Part shown: positions 50,877 through 62,809 of the stretch, piece after piece | Layout of the letters: each line of letters opens with the position of its first letter | Numbering within the stretch: position 1 is the first letter of the stretch | Source: Alphaproteobacteria bacterium | GTDB taxonomy: Bacteria > Pseudomonadota > Alphaproteobacteria > TMED109 | Direction: 5' to 3' | DNA: 64,000 bases | Assembly (NCBI GenBank): GCA_965115815.1 | Contig: OZ220465.1 | Coordinates: forward strand, 2,798,222-2,862,221 | Program-made: the position numbers and the translations under genes | The notes under the pieces: model-generated | What the model saw: the letters and a program-made list of their open reading frames with translations, nothing else | Told to the model about the DNA's origin: nothing | Databases searched by the model: none

Positions 50877-53305
50877 CTGCCTATGACTCACATTGTTTAT
50901 CTGGACGTAAGCGCTGGTACAGCCCGCTGGACTGATCCAGCTTCAACAGACGTTCGTAGGTTTGAGCCATCGTCGCCAGCTGAGTGTACCCTCGCCAGAT
51001 CACTGTGGGGCCGGGCGCGGGGTCGTTGCGACGGTTGAGATAGCCTCCGAGGATCGCCATGGTGTGCACGGCGGTTCCTAGGTTGTCGGGTCGGCACGGA
51101 AGCTTGCGCTCAAGGGCGAAATCCTTGAGCACCAGGATTTCCGTCGTGCAGAACAGGACCTCGGCGGGCAGTTCGGGGGTTTCCCGTCCGAGCATGACCA
51201 TGGCGAAGAGTCGCCAAGCGATCACGGCCTTGATCGTGACCGCCCGTTCGATCCGGTGTCCTTCCCGGTGGTTGAGGAATTCCGCCTTGCATCCGCTTTT
51301 CAGGACCCGGTGCCAATCCTCGATCCGCCAGCGCAGGCGGTACCGTTCCAGCACCCGCCGCGCCTCCTTCCGGGTCGATACCGGCAGACTGGTGAGCAGG
51401 ATCCAATTCAGGGGCTCCACGCCGTCCGGCGGATCTTCTTCGGTCACGCGGACCGCCGTCATGGGCACGGGGTCGTGCGCGCCGGTTCCGTTCCCGGGAG
51501 GAGGCAGGTCGAAGCGCCGGAACTGCAGGGATACCTTGGCGACCCGCGCTTCCCGCAACGCCTTGGCCTTCTGGGTACGGGTGGAGGTGCGGGCCGACGG
51601 GCGGGCGATTTCGATCTCCAGGGATCCGGCCGAGGGTTCCGCGGCCCGTGGCTCGAAGAGCTTCTCTTCGTCCTTGCCCAGGGACCGGTTGGGGCGGGCC
51701 CGGACCCGAAGATCGACGTTGCCCAGCCGCTGCCGCTCGGCGAACAGGGCGAAGAAATCCGCCTCCCGATCAAGTACGGAGACGACCCGCACGCCGTCCG
51801 GAACCCGCTCCGAGGTGTCTCGCAAGCCCCGCATCCAGCGGGCGGATTTCCGTTTTTCGAACGGCTTGCCCTTCTCGGCCCGGCCGTCCGGTGCGTCGTA
51901 TTCGATGCGGGGGACGCCAAGGGGAATGCCGGTGTCCGCGTCGACCGCCAGCGTGGAATGCAGGTGCAGACCCCGGGTGCCCGACGCGTTCCGGTTGCGG
52001 CCGATGAGACCGAGCTCGCCGCACTTCGGATGGGTCGCGAAGTTGAGGTCCGATCCGTCCTGGATCCTCAGAACGGTCGTGCAGGAGGCCATGCGCCGGC
52101 GGGTGCGCTCCCGGTGCGGAGCCAGAAGGGCCTCCGGTGGGACCGCCGACGCGGCCGGCGGGTCGATCCTCCGGTAGTACCCGGTGACCAAGGCCCGCTG
52201 ACCCTGAGCGGCGGCCGGGAACGATGCGCCGGGCTGATCGGCCATCCGGGACGCACTCGTAACCAACCGGCGGCTGAGCCGACGGTCCCCCAGCGGAGCT
52301 CCGCCGAACTCGTTCGCGGTCCCGCTCCCCCGCTCCCGTCCGTCGGCCGGACCCAAGGCCTCCACTGCCGTCGACGCCACGCCCAGGATCCGGCGCCAGT
52401 CGCTCCGCAGCGGACGCATCCCCACCGCCTTGACCGACCGCCGCGCCTGCCCGGGGCGGGCGAACCGCCCCCGCCCGGTGGTCTCTCCCACCCGCTCCCA
52501 GCCGGCGGCGGCAAACACGGCGCCCGCATGGGTTTCCGGATCCACGAAGGTTTCGACCCGCAGGGGACGATACCCGTACCGGGCCTCGATCTCGTCGGGC
52601 AGCCGGGCCAGCACCCTCCCCAGCACCCGGGAGCCCAGGTTCCGGCAGCGCACCGACGGTCGGATCAGGAACCGGCTCCGACCGATCACCGCGTGGTTCA
52701 GGTGTTGCGATCGCGTGGTCTCGTCCCACCCGATCCATCGGTCCCGGGAAGCCAGGCGCAAGGCCGGCGCCGCAAAGCCCAAGGCCCCCAGGATGCCGTG
52801 CTCCGACCGAACCCGATACCGGAGTTGGGCGCCCACATGCCGCACCGCCCCGCACGGATGCTCCCGAAACATCAGCTCGTTCCAGATCCGCCGGTCCGCC
52901 TCCCCGGTCACCGGCACCAGGCGCAGGTCGTGCAGCGCACCCGCTTCCGGAGGCACCGCCGACGGCACCGGAACTCCAGCGCCCAGCCGCCGGAGAGCAC
53001 CCCCACCCAGGCCCCGGCGGGGCGGAGGCAACTGCACCTGCCGGGTGGGCTCCAGATCTTCCAATACCGCTTGGCAACTGCGCGCGCGCCAGCGACCCCG
53101 CGCGTCGATCAGGCGAAACTCCCGACACACCCGACGGACCCCAGCCCGACGGCTGGCCGGCGGCTCCCGGGACAGAAGCGCCTGCAGCCGGCGCAGATGC
53201 GCCGGCTGTCTCAAGATGCGGTGCACGGGTTCCATGGCCGACATGAGCCGCACCGTAGAGGGTCCGTGCACTCCGGTCAAGCCTACTGATGTGAGTCATA
53301 GGCAG
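50877..53305 (-). mobile_element. IS4-family (Tn5-like) insertion sequence D, copy D2 (apparently intact)
   Basis: Same ends as D1. 8-bp TSD GTCGCGGC / GGCGCGGC (one mismatch) at 50869-50876 / 53306-53313. The target is continuous in C1. Confidence 0.9.
50881..53280 (-). CDS. DUF4338 + Tn5-like IS4-family DDE transposase (intact, 799 aa)
   Basis: ..RDRWIGW..RFLIRPSVRCRNLGSRVL..PLRVETFVDPETHAGAVFAAAGWERVGETTGRGR. LRIQDGSDL, VLDREAD, YRLRWRIEDWHRVLKSGC. Confidence 0.9.
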   Translation of the reverse strand: MTGVHGPSTVRLMSAMEPVHRILRQPAHLRRLQALLSREPPASRRAGVRRVCREFRLIDARGRWRARSCQAVLEDLEPTRQVQLPPPRRGLGGGALRRLGAGVPVPSAVPPEAGALHDLRLVPVTGEADRRIWNELMFREHPCGAVRHVGAQLRYRVRSEHGILGALGFAAPALRLASRDRWIGWDETTRSQHLNHAVIGRSRFLIRPSVRCRNLGSRVLGRVLARLPDEIEARYGYRPLRVETFVDPETHAGAVFAAAGWERVGETTGRGRFARPGQARRSVKAVGMRPLRSDWRRILGVASTAVEALGPADGRERGSGTANEFGGAPLGDRRLSRRLVTSASRMADQPGASFPAAAQGQRALVTGYYRRIDPPAASAVPPEALLAPHRERTRRRMASCTTVLRIQDGSDLNFATHPKCGELGLIGRNRNASGTRGLHLHSTLAVDADTGIPLGVPRIEYDAPDGRAEKGKPFEKRKSARWMRGLRDTSERVPDGVRVVSVLDREADFFALFAERQRLGNVDLRVRARPNRSLGKDEEKLFEPRAAEPSAGSLEIEIARPSARTSTRTQKAKALREARVAKVSLQFRRFDLPPPGNGTGAHDPVPMTAVRVTEEDPPDGVEPLNWILLTSLPVSTRKEARRVLERYRLRWRIEDWHRVLKSGCKAEFLNHREGHRIERAVTIKAVIAWRLFAMVMLGRETPELPAEVLFCTTEILVLKDFALERKLPCRPDNLGTAVHTMAILGGYLNRRNDPAPGPTVIWRGYTQLATMAQTYERLLKLDQSSGLYQRLRPDKQCES

Positions 53306-53803
53306 GGCGCGGCCGACCGCGCCTCGCAGGGAACCGCGGTCACTGGGTGGTCGAAAGCCATCACCCCATCCGCGATACCACCTTCCGCGAAGACGACTCC
53401 AGGCTCCGGGCCCGCAACGCACCCGCAAACCACGCGATCCTCCACACCCTTGCCCTTGCCGTCATCCTCCACCACCAGCGGAAGCTGCCCCAGCCCTTCC
53501 ACAGCTTCGCCGACGCCCGTCACCCCTATGCCGACCAGCGCAAGCAGGTCCTGCACGCCGTCACAAGACCCGGCTGACTACGCTCACAACCCGACCGAAA
53601 CCGCAAGGATCCAAGCCGGGCCACCCAACCCGGCCGGCCTCTCGCTCGCCCCGGATCCGCCGAAACGGACCCCTCGCGCCTAAATCCGCGCCGCCACCGG
53701 GCCGCAGACGTCCGCACATCGCACAATCGCAGACTCGAACGCGTCGACCCGCGCCGCGATCGAGACTCCGATCGCATCACAGCAACAAGCATGGGATCTC
53801 CTT

Positions 53804-54299
53804 GACCCGGAAGGAGGCGCGGCGGGTGCGGGAACGGTACCGCCTGCGCGGGCGGATCGAGGACGGGCACCGGGTCCTGAAACGCGGATGCAAGGCGGAA
53901 TTCCTCCACCACCGGGAAGGACACCGGATCGAACGGGCGGTCACCATCAAGGCCGTGATCGCCTGGCGACTCTTCGCCATGGTCATGCTCGGACGGGAAA
54001 CCCCCGAACTGCCCGCCGAGGTTCGGTTCTGCACGACGGAAATCCTGGTGCTCAAGGATTTCGCCCTTGAACGCAAGCTTTCGTGCCGACCCGACAACTT
54101 GGGAACCGCCGTGCACACCATGGCGATCCTCGGGGGCGATCTCAACCGTCGCAACGACCCCGCGCCCGGCCCCACAGTGATCTGGCGAGGGTACACCCAG
54201 CTGGCGACGATGGCTCAAACCTACGAACGTCTGTTGAAGCTGGATCCATCCAGCGGGCTGTACCAGCGCTTACGTCCAGATAAACAATGTGAGTCATGG
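53804..54299 (+). pseudogene. D1 transposase, C-terminal part
   Basis: ..EARRVRERYRLRGRIEDGHRVLKRGCKAEF..RPDKQCES. Continues from 49253 once C2 and one TSD copy are removed. Confidence 0.85.
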
Positions 54300-54650
54300 G
54301 CAGGCCGCGCCAGCGGCGGGCGCGTCCGGATCGCGCCGCCCCCCAAGGAACGCCTCCAGGTACACGTCCTGCGGCGGCCGGGCCGCGACGATCGCCGGGC
54401 TCCGACCCGTCGTCGCCTTCGATCCCTACCCGGCCGCCGGCCGCCATCCACACCTCCGACGCGGTCCGCCCCGATGGCCCATCTTGGAGAGGGTCCCTCC
54501 TACAACGTCAAGCGCAGATCTCCGGCGGAGGGAAACGGCAGCCCACGGAACCCGCTCCACCGGACCGCACGGCGGACCCGCGACGTCCCGCGCGGGGTGC
54601 CCGGTCGCGTTGCGGACCCTGCACCATTCACGCGCGCGATTTCCAGCGCC

Positions 54651-54712
54651 AGCCGCCGCCTCCCCCCGGGCCCCGAGCGCTAGCGCTCGGGGCCCGGGGG
54701 GAGGCGGCGGCT
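54651..54712. repeat. perfect 62-bp palindrome (30-bp GC-rich arms around TA)
   Basis: AGCCGCCGCCTCCCCCCGGGCCCCGAGCGC TA GCGCTCGGGGCCCGGGGGGAGGCGGCGGCT. Followed at about 54723-54760 by a direct repeat of GGTTCCTGCCATGGTGA spaced 19 nt apart. Confidence 0.95.
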
Positions 54713-54980
54713 GCAGCCCATCCATGGTTCCTGCCATGGTGATGGTTCCTGCCATGGTGAAGGCCCCGTTCCTCGTGCACGGGACGGGCCTCCGGATCGG
54801 GAGCAACCCAACGACCCCTGTGCCTTAGAGCACCTGGGGAGGACCTGTGCCCCGATCCGAGGCCATGATGGAGATCCCGTGGGAAGTTTGCGCCTCCGAG
54901 CGCCCGTGCAGGGACCGATCCGCATCCTGGTGGCCCACCAACCGCAATCCGGATTCCGAGGAACCGGAAATCAGGAATAC

Positions 54981-56230
54981 ATGGAAGTTTTTCGTCGGCA
55001 TCGACTGGGGGTCCGAGCCCCACCCAGGATGCATCCTCGACGCTTCCGGCGTCGTGCCGAGGGAGCGATCCTTCCCCCATGGCGGAACGGGCCGGGCGCA
55101 GAGGGCGGACGGGCTGCGGACCGTCACGCCGACCGAACCGGACGCCATCGGGGTGGCCCTCGAGGTCCCGCACGGACCGGGGGTCGAGTCCCGGATGGAA
55201 CGCGGTCGGGTCCTGCCTGCGATCCCCCCGAAGCCACGGGATCGCTTCCGGGACCGCGGGTCGCCGGCCGGAGCCCAGGACGACCGCCTCGAGGCCCGGG
55301 TTCGGGCCGGAGCCCTGCGCACCGAGGGCCCGGCCTTCCGACGCATCGACCCGATCTCTCCGGCGGTCATCCGACTGCGGGAAGCATCGCGCAGGGCCCG
55401 GGATCGGACCCACCCGCGGACGCGCTGGGTCCACCGGATCCGTCCGCAACTCTGGCGGTACGACCCGCAGCTTCTCGAGCTCGAGAGCGATCTCTCGCGG
55501 GCCCGGTTCGGGGAACTTTGGGAACTCGTCCCGACCCCGGACCGAGCCCGGCGACTCCGCGCCAGTACCGGGACCCGGCTCCTGCGGCGGCATCGCGTGC
55601 GCCGCCTGCCTGCCGACACCGTCCGGAAGACGCTCCGCACACCGGCCCTTCGGGTGGCGGACGGCATCCCGGAAGCGGCCGTGGGCCCTCTCCGGGTGGG
55701 GTTCGCCCAGCTCGGCCTCGTCACCGGACCGCGGACGGAGGTGCAACCGGAGATCGACCGGCAGACGGCGGAAGAGAGGCAGCCGGAAGCCGCCCCGGAA
55801 TCCGCATCGGGGCCGGCGGGGCCGCGGGACGCAGAGATCCTGAGGTCGCTACCGGGCGTCGGCAGGATCGTTCGGGCCACGCTGCTGGCAGAAGCACCCG
55901 ATGCCCGGCGACGACGAGACGACCAAGCCCTGCGGTGCCGGTCCGGCGTGGCTCCCGTCCCCCGGCGCTCTGGCAAATCCCGGATCGGGGTCCGTCGGCT
56001 GGCGGCCCATCATCGTCTGCAGGACGCCGTCTACCCCTGGGCCCGGGTCGCCCTGCCGCAGGATCCGGTCCGCCGGGCCCAGTACCCGGCCCTGCGGCTT
56101 CGCGGCCACCGGCATGCGCGGGCCCTGCGCTCCGTCGCGGACCGCCGGCTCGCAGGGGTCTGTGTGATGCGGGAGACTCAGAGCCTGTACGACCCCGACC
56201 GCCGAAGCCGGGCAGAGGCTCGCGAGCGGA
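54981..56230 (+). pseudogene. IS110-family transposase (DEDD + Ser-Tnp domains); start displaced by a 1-nt indel; 3' limit uncertain
   Basis: ..FVGIDWGSEPH..IAVALE-like..INPK-like PKPRDRFRDR..LPGVGRIVRATLLAEA..GVAPVPRRSGKS..RGHRHARALRSVADRRL. ATG 54981 (MEVF) is out of frame by one nt at T5 54988-54992. The ORF stays open to 57024. Confidence 0.75.
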
Positions 56231-56888
56231 CCGCGGGGCCGGATCCGGTCCCGGCGGGAGGCCGGACCCTCCGAACGGCGCCTCGGTCGCCCGTCGCGAC
56301 CGTTCCGTACCGGCATCGTACAGGAACCGGGATCGGGAGATCTGCGGCCGTGGCCCGGTCCCACGCGGAACGCCAGCGACGCTACCGTCTTCGCCGACGT
56401 GCGGGCGCGGCGAAGACGGCGTACCGGGCGCCGAAGGATCGGCGCTCTCGCGGTCCGCGGCTCCACGACGCCATCGCCACGATCCTCACGATCCGGGAGG
56501 AGTACCGGGACGGGCGGCAGGCCCTGCCGGAGACACGGGAGACCACGGCCACCGCGGAGCTCCTGGACCCGGTCCTCGAAGCCTTGGACGACCTGGATCT
56601 GGATCTCTTGGCGGAACGGGAGCTGCCCCGAGGATTCGGCCGGGACGGGTGCGTTCGACCCCACCGCCGGACCGGTACGGAACGGTGCGGTAGGGGCCGG
56701 CCATGGGATCCGGCAGTGCCCCGCGGCGGCGAATGCTGCACCGGCAGGATCGTTCTGCCGACGGCCGCATGCAACGCCCGATTCCGGGTCGGCGGGAACC
56801 CGTTGGAACGGTTCCCGAGAAGGCGGCTCACCCCCCTTGACAAATGGTGGGAAGTCCTCCCCACAAGGCCGGAACGGGGAGCGGCAGC

Positions 56889-57031
56889 CGAAGATCGATC
56901 CGCTTCTTGTCAGCCGGACCCCGTGCATCCGGTCCTCGGCCGCGAGCGAGTGAAAGGGGCGCGGGACAATGCCGGATCCGAACCCGTCAGGAAAAACGAT
57001 TCGTCATCAGTAGGGGGGGGGTGAGTAGATA
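56889..57031 (-). mobile_element. MITE-2 copy c, truncated and split by the E1-IS630-E2 block
   Basis: Collinear with the reverse complement of MITE-2a from ..GAAGATCGATCC.. to ..GGGTGAGTAGATA. The last base follows at 62734. Confidence 0.6.
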
Positions 57032-57244
57032 GTGCCCGCCCGAAAATGCCCCTTTCGGATGGTCTGCCGGCGCAATTGCGGGTTGGGACCCTCCCTCGGT
57101 GCCCCGTCCGCTCGGTTTCCGGGGGGATTTCTGCCGATGGGCAGCGGTATCCGGGCTTGTCCCGCCGCGAATCCGGCTGCCGGGGCGAGCGGCTCCGTTC
57201 CCGCCTCCGGCGGGCTTCGCGGATGGGGTGGAAGGAAGCCGCCG

Positions 57245-59158
<1,914 letters not shown>

Positions 59159-59301
59159 TCTCCCGAAGATTCCCGAATCCCGCGCGATTTTCCGGCCCCA
59201 GCGGCCGATTCCCGGCCCACAGAGGGATTCTTCACCCCTTCAATAGCACACTTCTATCACTGGAGTCAACTGGTTGTACTTTTTCGGGCGGGCACAAACT
59301 A

Positions 59302-60694
59302 GTAGTACGGAAACGTTGAACTGACGACAGTATTCTGGCAAGATTTCCGTGTCGGTCCGTGTCGGTCCCGTGTCGGTGCGTGTCGGCACGCGTGAGCGCC
59401 CGATTGGAACGGCGCTCTCTGGTTCATCCTCACAGACCCGATGCCGAACGTGCAGGCGCTCACACTCTCTTGGGGATCGGACGGATCCGGTTTCCGGGAA
59501 CCGAGCCTGCCTGCAGGGGTTCGGTGCGGGGATCGGAGTGGATCATGGCCAACCCTCAGGGCAGGAAGATCTATCGAGTGCGTCTTTCGGCGTCGGAGCG
59601 CCGGGAACTCCAAGCGATCGTCGACGGTACCGGAGCCGCCTGGCGTCGTCGGGCGCAGATTCTGCTGATGGCAGACGAGGGGCGCGACGGCGGCAAACTC
59701 CGGGATGTCGACATCGCGCGCGGCCTGGGCATCGGCGCTTCGACGGTCGAACGCCTGCGCAAGCGTTGTGTTTTGGAGGGTTTGGAGGCGGCCCTCCGCC
59801 GCCGGGAGCAGGAGAACCGCCGACCGAAACTCCTGGACGGGGCGAAGGAGGCGAAGCGGGTGGCTCGGGCCTGTTCTTCCCCGCCCGAAGGTTGTGTTCG
59901 CTGGACGCTGAAGCTGCTGGCCGGTCGTCGGATGGAGATGGAGATCGTCGAGAGCATCTCGAAGGAAACGGTACGGAGGACTCGGAAAAAAAGGAGATCA
60001 AGCCTTGGCTGAAACAGTACTGGTGCATTCCCCCGAGCCGCAACGCGCCGTTCGTGGCGGCGATGGAGGAGGTGCGGGACACGTACCAGCGGGATTTTGC
60101 CGAAAACGAGGTTTGGGTCTGCATGGATGAGACCCGCCGGCAGCAGACAAAGGAAACCCGCCTTCCCCGCCCCGTGCGGCCCGGGCAGCCGGAAATCGTC
60201 GACTACGAATACGAGCGAAACGGCACGGCCAATCTCTTCCTAGCGTTCGCGCCCAATGAAAACTGGCGTACGGTGAAGGTTACCGATCGCCGCACGGCGC
60301 GGGACTGGGCGCAGTTCCTCCGGGAACTCGCGGATGATCACTTCCCCGGCAAGAAGATTGTACGGGTCATGGACAACCGTAACACACACGGCCCCGCGTC
60401 GTTGTATGAAGCCTTTGCACCCCGGGAGGCCATGCGGGTGCGAAAGCGGTTCGAGTTTCGGTACACGCCGAAGCACGGAAGCTGGCTCACCAGGGCCGAG
60501 ATCGAAATCGGCGCGTGGTCGCGACCGTGTCTTCGACGACGCATTCCTGACCGCGCCACCATGCTGCGGGAGACCGCGGCGTGGGTCAAGCGCCGCAACG
60601 CGGCCGGCGGCACGGTCGACTGGCGGTTCACGACGGCAGACGCCCGGGTGAAACTGAAGTCCCTATACCCAGCAATACAATGATTCCGTACTAC
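59302..60694 (+). mobile_element. IS630-family insertion sequence
   Basis: IRs GTAGTACGGAAACGTTG / GTAGTACGGAATCATTG (reverse-complemented). TA duplication (59300-59301 / 60695-60696). Confidence 0.9.
59545..60683 (+). CDS. IS630-family transposase, two frames joined by a probable -1 frameshift at A7G (59986-59993)
   Basis: Frame 1: MANPQGRKIYRVRLSASERRELQ..HTH..ETVRRTRKK. Frame -1: KEIKPWLKQYWCIPP..VWVCMDETRRQ..YERNGTANLF..VMDNRNTHG..YTPKHGSWLTRAEIE (DDE). Confidence 0.85.
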
Positions 60695-60910
60695 TAGTGC
60701 CCGCCCGAAAATGCCCCTTTCGGATGGACCGCCGGCGCAATTGCGGGTTGGAACCCTCCCTCGGTGCCCCGTCCGCTCGGTTTCCGGGGGGATTTCTGCC
60801 GATGGGCAGCGGCATCCGGGCTTGTCCCGCCGCGAAATCCGGCGGCCGGGGCGAGCGGCTCCGTTCCCGCCTCCGGCGGGCTTCGCAGATGGGGTGGAAG
60901 GAAGCCGCCG

Positions 60911-62590
60911 TCAGGCGGCGCGTCTTCGTCGTCGTTGGGCCCGGGCCCGGGCCTGCCGGTGCAGCAGCAGCCCGATTCGGTGGACGTTGAAGGCGGTCAC
61001 GGACCGTGCCACCCTCCGGGCAAACCCGTCCGCCCCCTACGACAGGACCCGGTCCATGCCGCGTTGCTCGAGGTTGTGGATCGCGGACTCCACGGCCGGA
61101 TGCTGCCGACGCATCTTCCGGAACGTCGGATCGGCTTCCCGTTTCCGGTCCGTCTGACCGAGCGTTCCCTTCTTCGGCAGCACGTTGTGCTCCAGAAGCT
61201 CGTCCAGGGTGATCCGGTTGGAGGGGCTGTGAAAGCCCCGATCGAAACTGCACAGGCGGAGGTCGGGGAAGCGAGCCTGGGCTTCTCGGATCATGGGCAC
61301 GGCAGGATCCACGTCTCCGCCTTCCCACAGGACCCGAGGGTGCAGGAGGAAGCCGTGCTGATCCTCCAGCACGGCCACCGGCACTCCGAGTTCCACCGGC
61401 ACCCCGGCCTTGCCCTTCACACACCAGCGTGTGTGCTCTTCGAAGATCGAAAACCCCTTCTCGCTCTGCGGAATCTTCTCGCCCTTCAGCAGACGGCGAT
61501 CCACCTGGTGGATCTGCCGGCGGGCATGCTTGAGGTACGACTCGACCGAACGCACCGTGGGGATCGGGACGCCTCGCTCCCGAAGCACCGGTACCGTCTC
61601 TTCCGCCCGCCGGACCCACGCCCGGCTGGCGTCGAGATACGCCTTGACCGGCTCCGGACGGGCCCGTCGGGTCTGCCGAACCTGCTGGAAATGCTGCTGC
61701 AGTTTCCGGCTCCCATGCTGCCACTGCCGCCATCCGGACACCCCCAAGCGTACGGCGGCGCGACCCGGATCCCGCACCAAGCAACGCATCGCATCCCACA
61801 ACAGATGGACATCTGTCGGGTAGTGCACATCCGTCTTCACCACGAACGAATCGCAGCGGCCCCGCAGGGGATCGTCCGACCGACGGCGGCCCCGGCCGTT
61901 CGCGCCGTCCGCGCCGTTCGTGCCGTCCTTCCGCTTCCGTGTCCGCTTCCGTACCCTCGCATGGCCTTTCTCCGCGATCAGCTGCGACACCTTCCCCAGC
62001 ACTTCCGGTGTCCGCAGGCTCACGTTGTCCACCATCGTCGGATATCCGTACCGGGTGTGATCCCAGATGTCGGTGTGCCCCAGAAACTTCCGAACCGTCC
62101 TGTGCTCGTTCACCCGCTCGTGCATGGGATCGAAGTCCTAGCCCAAACCCTGCTTCAGGAGACCCATCACCAGGATCTTCCACAACTCCATGCCGGGACG
62201 CCCTCGCAGGCGGGATCCCTCGGGAAGGATCCCCTCCTCCAGAATCTCGAACCACCGGACCCGGGTCGACCGGTCGGCATACACGTACTGAAGGCCACGC
62301 AGCAGCGGCGGAATGTCCTCCCGCGAGTGTACGTGGATCTCGATCTCCTCGATCGCAACCTGGCCCCATTCCAGCTGAGAGCCTGTGCGGAAACTATTGA
62401 GCGGTCCCGATTCTGGTATCTGCGATTTGGCTGGAGAGTACATCGGGATCAAACAAGCCCATTCCACATCTGTCAGATTGCTTTCGAAGCGGTCTCTCCG
62501 ACGCCGATACTTTGCACGAGCGGCCAGAATCGGGACCGCTCAATAGTTTCCGTACAGGCTCTGAGGACGGACGGTCTCCCGCATGGCCAT
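60911..62590 (-). pseudogene. E2 transposase: MITE insertion, in-frame TAG (62138-62140), frameshifts
   Basis: Collinear with the E1 protein. E1 has TAT (LGYDFD) where E2 has TAG. The short repeat version is KDGTNGADGANGRGRRR. Confidence 0.8.
62379..62561 (-). mobile_element. MITE-1 copy 4
   Basis: Full-length copy, flanked by TGA/TGA. E1 and E3 are uninterrupted at this site (..CCAGCTGAG(A/G)GCGGACG..). Confidence 0.85.
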
Positions 62591-62809
62591 TCTCCCGAAG
62601 ATTCCTGAATCCCGCGCGATTTTCCGGCCCCAGCGGCCGATTCCCGCCCCACAGAGGGATTCTTCACCCCTTCAATAGCACACTTCCATCACTGGAGTCA
62701 AGTGGTTGTACTTTTTCGGGCGGGCACTAGATACCCTGCATCCTCCATACCGCGTTGACACCGTAAGGAATATCCCTTACGATCGTACGACATGGAAGGA
62801 GTGCCGATC

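Larger units (their letters stand above)
49254..53803 (+). mobile_element. ISAs1-like insertion sequence C, copy C2 (interrupted by D2)
   Basis: Same ends as C1. 11-bp TSD GACCCGGAAGG (49243-49253 / 53804-53814). The uninterrupted target is visible in D2 (reverse complement of 51361-51395). Confidence 0.85.
47314..54303 (+). mobile_element. IS4-family (Tn5-like) insertion sequence D, copy D1, carrying nested C2 and D2
   Basis: Ends CTGCCTATGACTCACAT.. / ..ATGTGAGTCATGGGCAG. 8-bp TSD GCCGCGCC (47306-47313 / 54304-54311). Confidence 0.85.
60697..62727 (-). mobile_element. ISNCY-like insertion sequence E, copy E2 (contains MITE-1 copy 4)
   Basis: Same IRs as E1 and same orientation. Separated from E1 only by AAAC + TA (+IS630). 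Followed by TAGATA. Confidence 0.8.

Noticed and set aside
54847-57024. 725-aa ORF as the full IS110 transposase
   Set aside because: The first ~45 codons and the last ~270 codons have no IS110 similarity. A canonical MEVFVGIDWG start is restored by removing one T at 54988-54992, and homology ends near 56200.
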